NCBI GenBank assembly: GCA_051294375.1
Contig: CM119268.1
Coordinates: 19,215,996-19,255,822, forward strand
Length of the DNA stretch: 39,827 nt
Direction of reading: 5' to 3'
DNA from: Paraspadella gotoi
Taxonomy: Eukaryota > Animalia > Chaetognatha
Both the position numbers and the translations under genes were made by a program. Below, in pieces: positions 20,146-31,381 of the stretch (position 1 is the first letter of the stretch; the number at the start of each line of letters is the position of its first letter). The notes below the pieces were generated by a model. The model saw only the letters and a program-made list of their open reading frames with translations, did no database searches and was not told the DNA's origin.

Positions 20146-23100
20146 CTGAGAAAAAAGAATGAGAGTCGATGTTCAGAATTACGTCAATTGAAAGATTATT
20201 CGTTTTTCATATTTTGCGTTAATTTTAATAATTAATTTAATTGACGAATAAATATTGGAGAATGTTATTTTCGCCATTCCTACGTGTCCTATAAATTAAT
20301 TGATAAAAGCAGCAATAAATAATGCAATAGTACGTTGGTGATTTTCAACGTGACCGGTGTCACAAATCACGAAACCACTCCGAGGATTTCGTCGCAGAAA
20401 CCAAATTTCTCCTTCACCTCTTCACCTCTCCCCCCTCAACCCCCTCCACGCCAAACTCCCCTCCGCGCTCCCCCCGTGTTTAAACGCTCCCTTATTTTTC
20501 TTTCCTTTTTTTTATATCTTTTCTCTTTTTTATTCGTTTTCTATTTCCTTCTAAAATCCCATTGGGGAAAAAAATTGAAAAAAGTGCAAGCGAGATTCTT
20601 GGGAGAAAAAAAAAATCAGCGCGCCGAAAAATTCCGCGAAATAACCAAATTTTGTATCAAACTGGACCGGCAGCCGCACCGCAGCCGCAGCCGCAGCCGC
20701 AGCGCGCAACCGCAACCACAGCGCCACCGCAGCCCAGCTAGGCCGCAAACGTCCTCCCCGTCATCCTTACTCATTTAACACCAAGACAGAAGTTTTAGAC
20801 TAGTATAATTGGTATCATGGATTGGCTTTTAGTAAAGTCGCTCTTCGGTGACTCGGTGTCTCCCTAGCAAGACCCCACAGCCCAACCCAATTGCCCCCAG
20901 CCCCAATCGCCCCAATCTTTGTGTTCACGTCGCAACTGGCCACAAACTCATCTTGTTCAATGGCGCAGCGCCCACGCGCCGCAGCCGCAGCCGCAGGCCG
21001 CAGCCGCGCCCCAATCCATCTTTTGCCTTCAATCCCCGACGTTCATTGGCGGAGTTTCCTGGGAGCTTGCTTTCATTCTTGCTTTCTTTCTTTCTTTAGT
21101 TCTTTCTTTTCTTTCTTCTTATTTTTTCTTTTTCTTTTTTCTTTTTCTTTTTTCTTTTCTTTTCTTCTTTTTTCTTTTTTCTTTTTCTTTTATCTTTTTT
21201 CTTTTTCTTTGCTTCTTTTTTTCCTTTTTTCCTTTTTTTCTTTTTTCTTTTTTTCTTTTTTCTTTCTTTCTTTTACTTTCCTTTCTTTCTCTCTTACTTT
21301 ATTTTTTTATTTCATTTTAATTTTTTTGCTTATTGCCTTTAGTTCTTTTAGATTTTTTAGTTCTGGACACGTATTTTCCTTTTTATTTTTATTTCTTCTT
21401 CATTTTACGTTTCTTTTTTTTAAATCTTTTTATATCCGCTTTCTTTATTTCCTTCTAATTTCTTCTTATCGTCGGCGAAAATTCAATTTCGTCCAAAAAG
21501 GGAAATCCAAAAAAAAGTTATCGCCCCCAAGACGCTTTTCACCCCCCCCCACCCTGCCCCTGCCCCCCAGACGCCCCTTCTCTTGTCGACATTCTTCACC
21601 CCATTCTACTTCATTCTATCCCGTTAACTTTCTATCACTGCTACATACTACAAAATCTTCCTATCCTGATTTTCCATTCTCTTATATTTTTCTCTTCTCT
21701 CTTTCTACTTCGCTCTTCAGTTTTATTTCCTTACCTTTTAACCCTGTTCCCACTCCCTTCCTTTTCTTTCTTTCTCATTTCCCTTTCTTCCTTTCCTTTC
21801 GTTCTCTTCAATTTCCCTTTCATTTCTTCCTTTTCTTTCCTCTTTTCCCCATTTCTTCCTTTTTCCTTCCTTCCCTTCTTTCTAATTTGATTTCCTTGCT
21901 TCCTTTTCTTCCCTTTCCTCTCCCATTCCCCTTCTTCTTGTCTTTCTTCCCTTTTCTGATTTCCTTTCCTTTCCTTTTCCTTTTTTCTATTCATTTCTTT
22001 CTCCCAAATGCCTCTATCTTCCCTTCCTTCATTTCTTTTCCCCCAATTTCTTTTCACAATCCTGGTTGGGGGGCAGGACCGGTGGAGAAAGGCAGAGGCG
22101 CCGACAAAAAGGGGGTAGCGAAGGAGGGGGATGAAAGGTGCCTCCTCGGGGGAAAAGGGGGCGCGGGTTTCGTTTTGTCAGTTTCGTCCGCCCATTTCGT
22201 GTCACTATGGAAGATAGCGACGGATGCCTATCTCTTGCCTCTTTACCCTGCACTTATTCCCCATTTCCATCTGGTGAGAGAAGAGAGAGAGAGAGAGAGA
22301 GACGAGAGGAGAGAAGACGAGAAGAGCGGAGAGAGAGAGAGAGAGAGCATTCAAGGTCGGTTTTAAAGCACAAATTTGGTTTTTGCGACTTTTCTCGACG
22401 GGGGACGCCGTCGCTATCATCCTCAGGGCGGCTTTATTCGATACTGTTGCTGCGTTTTAACTTTTTATTTCTTTCTTGCTTGCACCCAAAGCACCCTCGT
22501 ACTCTCGAAACCCCCTGCATTGGGCAACCCTGCCACCGAGGTCCCTTTTAAGTCCTCTTTTTGTTTTTAGCCGGACTGCTTAAAGCAGAATCCGCGGCTC
22601 TATAATTCACTTTGTCGTCCGTCGATCCGCCCCTCAATTCTTGTCGGGCATTCACTTTTATCAATTGTTCCAGAAACATCGGAAATTTATAATAAATAAT
22701 GCCAAAAAAATGAAATCAATCCGTCCGTCCGTTCCGTCGTTCGGTCCGTCCGTCCGTCCGTCCGTCCGTCCGTCCGTCCGTCCGTCCGTGCGTGCCGTCC
22801 GTCCGTCCGTCCGTCCGTCCGTCGTCCGTCCTCCGTCCGTCCGTCCGTCCGTCCGTCCTCCGTCCGCCGTCCTTNNNNNNNNNNNNNNNNNNNNNNNNNC
22901 CGTCCGAAGTTTGTACAAATATAACTCGTTCCTCTTTCGATTCTGTTTCGATCGTCACTAAACAGCCTTACCTACCTTACCTCTCTCATCTCCCAGGCCC
23001 ACCCCCCTCCCTTCTTTTGACTCCCGCCAAATGAGAAAAAGGGTGAATTTCGTCATCGACGACCTTGGCCCGAAAAGGTCGAGGGATGAAATCGAGAAAA

Positions 23101-24328
23101 GGCGCGAAGATTCAAAACCGAAAAGAGTTTTCACTTTTTTTAAGGGGAGCGTGAAAAATGAGTAGAGGTGAGATGAGGCAGAATATTTATGAAAAAAAGT
23201 AAAATTTGCGTGTTCATTTAATTTTAATCGATAACTAAATTAAATAATTGATCNNNNNNNNNNNNNNNNNNNNNNNNNNNNNNNNNNNNNNNNNNNNNNN
23301 NNNNNNNNNNNNNNNNNNNNNNNNNNNNNNNNNNNNNNNNNNNNNNNNNNNNNNNNNNNNNNNNNNNNNNNNNNNNNNNNNNNNNNNNNNNNNNNNNNNN
23401 NNNNNNNNNNNNNNNNNNNNNNNNNNNNNNNNNNNNNNNNNNNNNNNNNNNNNNNNNNNNNNNNNNNNNNNNNNNNNNNNNNNNNNNNNNNNNNNNNNNN
23501 NNNNNNNNNNNNNNNNNNNNNNNNNNNNNNNNNNNNNNNNNNNNNNNNNNNNNNNNNNNNNNNNNNNNNNNNNNNNNNNNNNNNNNAAAAAAAAGGAGAA
23601 ATAGGAGAAAGAAAAGCAAGAAAAACTGTGGATAAAAAGAAAATGAAAATAATAGGTGAAAAACGAGGAAAAATATGTANNNNNNNNNNNNNNNNNNNNN
23701 NNNNNNNNNNNNNNNNNNNNNNNNNNNNNNNNNNNNNNNNNNNNNNNNNNNNNNNNNNNNNNNNNNNNNNNNNNNNNNNNNNNNNNNNNNNNNNNNNNNN
23801 NNNNNNNNNNNNNNNNNNNNNNNNNNNNNNNNNNNNNNNNNNNNNNNNNNNNNNNNNNNNNNNNNNNNNNNNNNNNNNNNNNNNNNNNNNNNNNNNNNNN
23901 NNNNNNNNNNNNNNNNNNNNNNNNNNNNNNNNNNNNNNNNNNNNNNNNNNNNNNNNNNNNNNNNNNNNNNNNNNNNNNNNNNNNNNNNNNNNNNNNNNNN
24001 NNNNNNNNNNNNNNNNNNNNNNNNNNNNNNNNNNNNNNNNNNNNNNNNNNNNNNNNNNNNNNNNNNNNNNNNNNNNNNNNNNNNNNNNNNNNNNNNNNNN
24101 NNNNNNNNNNNNNNNNNNNNNNNNNNNNNNNNNNNNNNNNNNNNNNNNNNNNNNNNNNNNNNNNNNNNNGTTGCGTGTGACACGAAGTGAAAGAGTCTAA
24201 GAACAACTCAGCGGATACCGAATCACAAGTAAAAGAGCAACTTTAGAAAATATTTTATACAGTATTTTAGATGTTTAATTTTTGAATGATTTAAAATGAG
24301 TTCCAGAAGAAGTTTTAATTTTATAAGA

Positions 24329-24590
24329 GCACTCTCATTCACTCACATCCACTCGTATCCACTCGCGTTCATTCGCATCCACTCTCATTCAATCACATCC
24401 ACTCGCATTCATTCGCATCTATTCGCATTCATTCGCATCCACTCGCATCCACTCTCATTCACTGACATCCACTCGCATTCATTCGCATCTACTCGCATTC
24501 ATTCACATTCACTTGCATCCACTCTCATTCATTCACATCCACTTGCATCCACTCGCATTCATTCGCATCTACTCGCATTCATTTGCATTA
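24329..24590. repeat. 10-bp minisatellite (CAT[T/C]CA[C/T]TCG)n
   Basis: About 26 degenerate units of catccactcg/cattcattcg. Confidence 0.92.
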
Positions 24591-25055
24591 AAAAAGGTAG
24601 GAGAATAGAGATAAAAGTACAAGTTATTTATTGAAACTTTTTTTCTAAAGTAATCATTCATCATTTATCAGAAAATTATTTTTTTTAATTAAGCTAACAT
24701 TGTTATGATTGAAAGAGAAATTGGGTTCTTGGCAAGTTGGCAGGGACATCAGTCTCTCATAACAATGATTATTGTTTTCGAATAAGTGTCTTGTTCCAAG
24801 CTTCTTGAAAAAAGGTAGAAAAATAAACAAAGCGAGGTCCGATTGCTAATATTAATAGTAATAAAATGATAAGAATCTGAAAGTAAAAATATTTATCAGA
24901 ACGCGGGCAGCGGAATGCGTGGGCGTGACGACCCAAGAGCGGGACATTAGATCACGGGACTCGCTTCGTCTAGTTATTGCGAGAATTATTCAAATGTAGG
25001 AAGGAAGGCATGGGAGAGGAGAGAGATAGAGATAGAGAAAGAGGGAGATAGAGAA

Positions 25056-25151
<96 letters not shown>

Positions 25152-25221
25152 GAAATCCGGGGGGAGAAAGAATATGACGTCTATTATGAGCGAAAGATTT
25201 CCGTCGATGTAAAAACCAGAG

Positions 25222-25335
25222 TTTTTTCTTTAGCCACGACTCGTGACTAGTATAAGACACTTTGCTTTCTGTCTGTCAGTATCTCTCTGTCTGTCGGTCT
25301 GTCTGTTCATCCATTTGTCTTTCAGTCGGTCCATT
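25222..25335 (+). mobile_element. Putative Helentron-type (HINE-like) 5' end with (CTGT)n
   Basis: T-run + TTTAG + hairpin AGCCACGACTCGTGACT + AGTATAAGACACTTTG + ctgt repeats; same layout as the element at 7610. Confidence 0.4.
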
Positions 25336-25845
25336 TTATTTTCAAATTTTACAAATCAAGATTAGTAAATTAAATTTCGTTACTGAAAATGGCAAACGCG
25401 TGACGGATTTTGAGTCTGTGCATCTGCACTGAGGAGGAGGCAAATATAAGGAGTAGGAGGAAGAGGAAGAGGAGGAGGAGGAGGAGGATAAGAAGGAGGA
25501 AAAAAGAAGGAGGATGCGTCGAAGCGAAATCTCGGTAATTTTCGTATCTACTGTATCCTGTGTCTCTAATAAATGCTGCGTCAACTCCTAATTTTCCCGA
25601 TCATGGCTTTCAACGGCATTCAATGCTGTGATTTTTTTAAAGAAAACTTTATTTCCTCTGAAATTTGGTACTGCTTGTTTTTTATTATTTCATAAAATTT
25701 CTATATATTTTCCCGTGTCATGGTTCCATTCTTAATTTTCGAAATAGAAAATAAATTTTTGAATGGCGTTATTAAAACTATGAGTTAAACTAAGAGGAGG
25801 AAGAGAGACTTTAAATTGAAACAAAGAATCTCATTTTCCTTAAAC

Positions 25846-25916
<71 letters not shown>

Positions 25917-26144
25917 ACTTCCGGCGGAGAGGAGTAGATGACGTGATTCCTCGTCGCAAATCGATTGGCGTCTGATGCTCATCCGGCGGAAGATGGCGGA
26001 GGAGGTAGTGTGGGGTTCTGGGGGGAGGGAAACAGGTGGTGAGAAGACGAGGTCTGACAGGATGACAATGAGAACAATGACGATGATGACAACTATGCGA
26101 ATAGGATGACAAAGATATTGAAATTTCTAAGTAAAAAATATGTA

Positions 26145-26718
26145 CTATCTAGGAAAAATGTATATGACATTTTTAATTAAGGATATCTACTCGAAAAATT
26201 ATTTAATTTAAAAAAAAATATAATGTTTCCGAATCTACATTGAATTTCCTTTCAGTAGCTTCCTTAAATTTTTTTGTAGATCAAATCGTTTAGAAGTTTC
26301 AGACAAAAAAAATATTACTTCAAATGAAAAATGGTGAAAAAAATTACATTTAGTTTTCCACCATTTTTAGTATTTAATTATTTGTTTTTATTTTAAATGG
26401 AGTTAGTTATTTTTTATATATTTTTTAAATTTGGCGATGCTAAAGGCCTTGCACCTCTTTCTGGTTCAAAAAATATTATTATTGCTCTCAGAAAAGAGGG
26501 AAAGATACGCAACATTAACATCGGGGCTGAGAAGAATTGCGTTAAAGATGTCGAAAAACTGTCATAACTTAATTTGCTGTATAAAAGCATACCCAGACAA
26601 ATGCAGGCAGTAGTCAATGCCGAAAAAGGATATACCAAATATTGAGAATATTTAACTCATGCTTTGTATACTTTTTATTGAATAAATGAATTATGTTATA
26701 TACTTTTTTCCTAGATAG
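26145..26718 (+). mobile_element. Internally deleted Tc1-family (Tc1/mariner) DNA transposon
   Basis: 26-bp TIRs CTATCTAGGAAAAATGTATATGACAT / CTATCTAGGAAAAAAGTATATAACAT (2 mismatches), TA on both sides. Remnant transposase C-terminus KSIPRQMQAVVNAEKGYTKY* (26583-26645) and N-terminal-like KNIIIALRKEGK. Confidence 0.88.
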
Positions 26719-27194
26719 TAAATTATAGATCAAAAAGACAAATATGAAAAATATGAAAAATATGAAAATGAAAAGAATTAAGCGGATATGATGAAAATAA
26801 TGTTAAAATATATAAAATAAAGAAAAAACTGACTAATATTCCACTGTTCAAAACAATTATAAAAATTGTCCTATGATAAATTTATTAAAAATAAAACTAT
26901 AATAAAATCATAACCAGAGACAGTGAAAAAAAATTGAGAATCACAAATGACGCGAATAGTGAGAGACACTCTTGTAGTGAAATCGACAAGTGGGTAACAA
27001 TGAAAGGCTCCAGCTGGAAAAAGGAGAAAACGATGATCGAGATAATAATTAAATGGAAAAAAAAGGACAAAAGGCGGTAGTTTTTTATGTTTATTTAGTT
27101 CTCTTTTCCAAGAGTGCCCGAATTCTGTTTTTTCCCCAGAATTTAATTTTAACCTTTATATTTAATATAAATATGTTAAATGTATAAAGAATCT

Positions 27195-27310
27195 CTAAGC
27201 CTAATCCCGAACTTTTACTTAATCCTGAACTATAACCCTAACCCTAACCCTAAACCCTTAACGCTAGTCCCTTACCCTAATCACAATCCAAGTCTCTAAC
27301 CTTAATCACT
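27195..27310. repeat. Short degenerate (TAACCC)n telomere-like tract
   Basis: taaccctaaccctaaccctaaaccct at ~27233-27258 with degenerate hexamers on both sides. Confidence 0.7.
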
Positions 27311-27429
27311 AAACTAATCTTTAACTAAAAAAATTATCCTAAGTTAAGATAAAAAAATCTTAAAAGAAGAGTGATCTCTCCAGACGGCAATATCATAGAA
27401 AATTAATGAAAAAATTCGGGAAAAAAACG

Positions 27430-27642
27430 AATGATTGGTGCGATAACGAATTATTGATGTAATAGTAATAGATTGATGTAATAGAAATTGATTGATGTAA
27501 TATTAATTTATTTATGTAATAGGAATTGATTATTGATGCGATGATAACCAAATGATTGGTGCGATGGTAACCAAATATTGATGCGATGATAACCAAATGA
27601 TGGATGCAATGATAGACTGATAGTCATTTATTGATGCGATTA
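27430..27642. repeat. Degenerate tandem repeat (attgatg...ataaccaaat, ~20-23 bp)
   Basis: Recurrent attgatgtaata and tgcgatgataaccaaat units. Confidence 0.7.
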
Positions 27643-27689
27643 GTCAATGAGAGAGAGAGAGAGAGAGAAAGAAAGAGAGAGAGAAAAAA

Positions 27690-27916
27690 AAAGAGAAAGA
27701 GAGAAAAGCTGGACAGCCGTTGGACAGCCGCTGCAGAGCTGAACTCGTTTTTAGACGAATCTGAATAAGACAACGACCAACCACGACCGTGGACCGACCA
27801 ACCGAAAGTGACTTATTGAGTTGCTCGGCGGTACTCGCGGCGCAACTGATTTTTTTTTTTTTTGAAATAAAACCATGAGTGTATGTGTGAGGAAAAAAAA
27901 GAGAGAGAGAGAATTC

Positions 27917-27951
<35 letters not shown>

Positions 27952-28082
27952 AGCTGGACAGCCGCTGCAGAGCCTGAACTCGTTTTTTAGACGAATCAGA
28001 AGAAGCAGCGACGGAGAAAAAAAGAGAGAGAGAGAGCGATATATAATTAAAAGAGAGAGAGCGACATATAAATAAAATGTTT
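27690..28082 (+). repeat. Unclassified interspersed repeat, locally duplicated; relative at ~29320-29455
   Basis: aagctggacagccg..ctgcagagc.tgaactcgttttt(t)agacgaatc occurs twice. The 29335-29452 stretch shares ctgcagagcc..actcgtttttt..gaatcag and atataattaaaagag..gcgacat. Confidence 0.7.
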
Positions 28083-28093
28083 TTGTTTTGTAA

Positions 28094-28716
28094 GCAGCAG
28101 GCGAGAAGAGGGCAGCCGGCAGGCGTATCAGGCCAAAGAGACATAAGAGTGGCCCTGGAAATATTTCCGCAATGATCACTCTCAGCAGTGACGCGCCAAT
28201 GACCCGTCATCATCGTCCTTGCCCTTCATTTGCACAAAACAATGAATTTCACTTTCCTAGTCTCTTAATTATTTCCTAAAACTATAAACTACTTTCTTTC
28301 ACATTTCAAATTTCAAATTTTACTTAACTATTCCTTAGCTAATTGCTTATTTATTCACTAGTTAAATGTTAAATTTCACCAATATTTAGTTTTTTTCAAA
28401 CTCTTTATCTTTGTTGTACATTGCAAAAATGTATCTTTATTATTTATTTATCCCTGTTGTTTCTCTCTCTCTCTTTCTCTCTCTAAGAACTCACTCAATC
28501 TTTCCTCACCTTCAACCTGTCCTCACATCTGACCACTAATCTGTCTCACCACTTTGTTGGAAAACTTTTACCCTCTCTCTCTCTTTCTCTCTCTCACACT
28601 CTTCTTTTGCACAAAATTTTCAACGATTGTCAATAGCTTGAAAATAGCAAGCCAAAACATGTCCGTCTGTCTTAAAAAAAAATCGTTGTAAAAATTTCAA
28701 AACTTTGCTTTCTCTA
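28094..28716 (+). mobile_element. Diverged 3' relic of a related Penelope-like element
   Basis: Collinear with the minus strand of 9010-8282: cggcagg..tatca, ccaatgacccg, aacctgtcctcacat, aagcc.aaacatgtc, aaaatcgttg. The CTGATGA core of the hammerhead is deleted. Confidence 0.75.
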
Positions 28717-28989
28717 ACAGTAAATAAAATATAAACAAATCCGAATATTGCTATGAAACATAACAATTTCAAAGATCTTAATGATGGGAAGCCATATCTA
28801 AATTTTCAACTCCCTCTAATATCACACTTTTAATAGAATCAATGTTAAAAAATCTTAAAAGCATAAGGAACGTCGCAATCGCATAAGAAAAATCTGGATT
28901 GACGACAAATTTTGATATAAAAAAAAATCAAATTTGAGAAAAAAAAATTAATTTATAAACAGAAAGAAAAAGAAGAAAAGAATAAATAT

Positions 28990-29080
28990 AAAGAAAGAAT
29001 AGAAAGGAAAGAAAGAATAGAAAGGAAAGAAAGAATAGAAACGAAAGAAAGAATCAAAAGGAAAGAAAGAATAGAAAGGG
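28990..29080. repeat. 18-bp tandem repeat (GAAAGAATAGAAAGGAAA)n
   Basis: About 5 units read directly. Confidence 0.85.
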
Positions 29081-29749
29081 AAAAAAAGAAAATTAATTTA
29101 TAAACAGAAAAAAAAATTCTATTTTGCGATTGTCAATTAAAAAAATAATAAAGTACCTAGAAAAATTAAAGTTACAGTTTCTGAAAAAAAAACAAAAACA
29201 ACTTTTTTATTGTCAAATAAACTGATCAGCAGACGCAGCCCCTGAGAAAAAAAAGTGAGAAAGAAGCAGCCAGAAAAAAAGAAAGAATCAAAAGGCAGAA
29301 GCAGCAGGAGAAAAGAGAGAAAAAGAAAGAGCCCCTGCAGAGCCAGCTGCAGACTCGTTTTTTTTCAGATGAATCAGCACTGGGGAAAAGAGAGAGAGAT
29401 AGCTACATATAATTAAAAGAGAAAAGAGAGAGAGAAGGCGACATAAAAATAAAGTAGAGGATATTTGTTTGTTTTGATAAAACGTAAACAAAACATATTT
29501 AATAACTGTCCTGACCCAATTTTAAGGACATCGATGATGAGAAGATGTATATAAATTTTCAGCTTCATATACCCAAATTTAATCATCAAAAAGGCGATCT
29601 ATAATTTGGAACGCCGACAACGACGACGACGACAACGACGACCCCACTTATGCCAGGACAACCTTCATATCAACAAGTTTTCGAAAAATTTAGTTACCAA
29701 AACCAGTTACCAAAACAGTTGATCTTTTCGTAAGCGATTGTTCATGCGA

Positions 29750-30010
29750 ACAACCAATCAACTCCCGATGTCGATCACCAAGTTGTCCAATAAGCGACGA
29801 TTTTGTTTCGCTTTTTGGCCAATCAGGTTGCTAGTTAACCGTTGTGGTTTTTAACCTTTGAACCTCGAGTCAGTCAGGGCTACTGATGTTGTCGTTGTTG
29901 TAGCGGTGCTATTTTTTTTTCTTGGTTCGACAACCTGACTCTAAAGAAGAGGGCGTTTGGCCAATGGGAGGTCGAGGTAGAGGCGGTTTGCCCTTCGACC
30001 AATCAGAGGT
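29750..30010 (+). promoter_or_regulatory. Multi-CCAAT (NF-Y-type) promoter-like island
   Basis: CCAAT at 29754, 29787, 29819, 29961, 29999 in the same orientation with NF-Y-like flanks (aaCCAATca, ggCCAATcag, gaCCAATcag); X-box-like GTTGCTAGTTAAC at 29827; GC higher than the flanks. Confidence 0.5.
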
Positions 30011-30135
30011 CACCGACCTTCAAGTCACGTAATTTAGTGAGACTAATTTAGTGAGACTTTTAGTGAGTCCAAGTCTCGTTTAAGACGGAACAGAACGAGA
30101 CCGGAGCGGGAGGAAAGACTGGGCGGAAAAATGAG

Positions 30136-30175
<40 letters not shown>

Positions 30176-30788
30176 TCATTGAGTGTTAGACGAAAGCAGT
30201 TATGTGAAGGGATGAATATTATTTGGCATTGCACAGTGACATAACAGGTTATGAAACGGTAACGATCTTTTTGTGAAATTACTGTTGAGTTGAAAGACCT
30301 TCTCTGTCCTCTGCTTGTTGTTATTGTGGTAGTTATTGTCATTGACATAATCGCTACTACGAATTGTTCGAAAAAGAATTTTCTCATTAGTCATTAGAGT
30401 GGAGCACTCAAGAACAAAAAAATCATTTGAGTGATCAAACAAGGATATTTAGACGTGAGATAGTATAATTAATTAGTACAAAAAATATTTTGTTCATATT
30501 GTTTCGGGAACAGAATAGTAAATTACAATATATTTTTAGATTTTTAGTAAATTTTAAAAATAATTTTTTTCAAACTTTTAATAAAGATTCAGATTCTTTA
30601 TAAAAAGTGTAGATGAAACCTCAGAAGCGTCAACCGGATGTGGCGCTGTTGTTCGCGTTAGCGCTCGTGGCATTGAGATTGTTTATTTTTGCTAAACCAA
30701 CTTGCTTGGTTCACTTGTAAAATGGTACCTTAATAAAATAAAGCATATAGATATTCCAAATGCTTTTACCAGCAAGCAATTAAAATAT

Positions 30789-30878
30789 CTATATCAATAC
30801 AGTAACAATAATTAATTAATTAATTAATTAATTAATTAATTAATTAATTAATTAATTAATTAATTAATTAATTAATTA
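30789..30878. repeat. (TTAA)n microsatellite
   Basis: About 22 perfect units; self-complementary. Confidence 0.95.
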
Positions 30879-31009
30879 AATTTAATTAAAATTCTAGGCT
30901 TGATGAAATAACAATGGAATTGTTTAATGGGATCAGCTGGTGAATTCAAATAGAAAATGCTCTTTTGTTTGGTAATAACAAAAGGTCAATTTGTTTATAA
31001 AAAAAATTA

Positions 31010-31136
31010 TTAGATGAAACAGAAAATTTTTATTTTCACAACGAATTTATTTAGATTAAAAACAGACATGTTTCAAACGTGTTTTCGTTCTTTATCAGTG
31101 TTTGAGTTTTGAATTACAAATTATTGGTGAGTTAAA

Positions 31137-31201
<65 letters not shown>

Positions 31202-31381
31202 AAGCTTCCAACAAAGATTTGAGGGAAAGGTAAAATTAGAGGGTGACTCTCAAGTTTAACTCACCAATAATTTGTAATTCAAAACTCAAACACTGATAAA
31301 GAACGAAAACACGTTTGAAACATGTCTGTTTTTAATCTAAATAAAATCGTTGTGAGAATCAAAATTCTCTGTTTCATCTAA
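31010..31381. mobile_element. Palindromic PLE-derived mini-element (two inverted pseudo-LTR 3' ends)
   Basis: 135-bp arms 31010-31144 and 31247-31381 are near-perfect reverse complements. Each holds a hammerhead-like motif and ends aaaatcgttg...ttcatct like the PLE tail at 8282-8330. Confidence 0.75.
31288..31331 (+). ncRNA. Degenerate minimal hammerhead ribozyme (mirror copy on the minus strand at ~31060-31103)
   Basis: AAACA-CUGAUaA-A-GAACG-aaaaca-CGUUU-GAAA-CAUG-UC-UGUUU: perfect 5-bp stem I and palindromic ACAUGU loop 3, but core G8 is replaced by A. Confidence 0.6.

Larger units (their letters stand above)
15788..23253 (+). repeat. Indel-rich copy of ~951-8282
   Basis: Collinear from tctcatctagtcagaa to taaataattgatc; includes copies of the tRNA fragment, SULT exon, 102-bp repeat and EF-hand exons. 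Confidence 0.92.

Noticed and set aside
23224-24206. Long ORFs across N runs (also at 34.2, 35.2-35.9, 36.0-36.7 and 38.5-39.4 kb)
   Set aside because: Artefacts of gaps and microsatellites.
27195-27310. Telomere or chromosome-fusion site
   Set aside because: Only about 3 perfect units, internal and degenerate; such tracts are common inside repeats.
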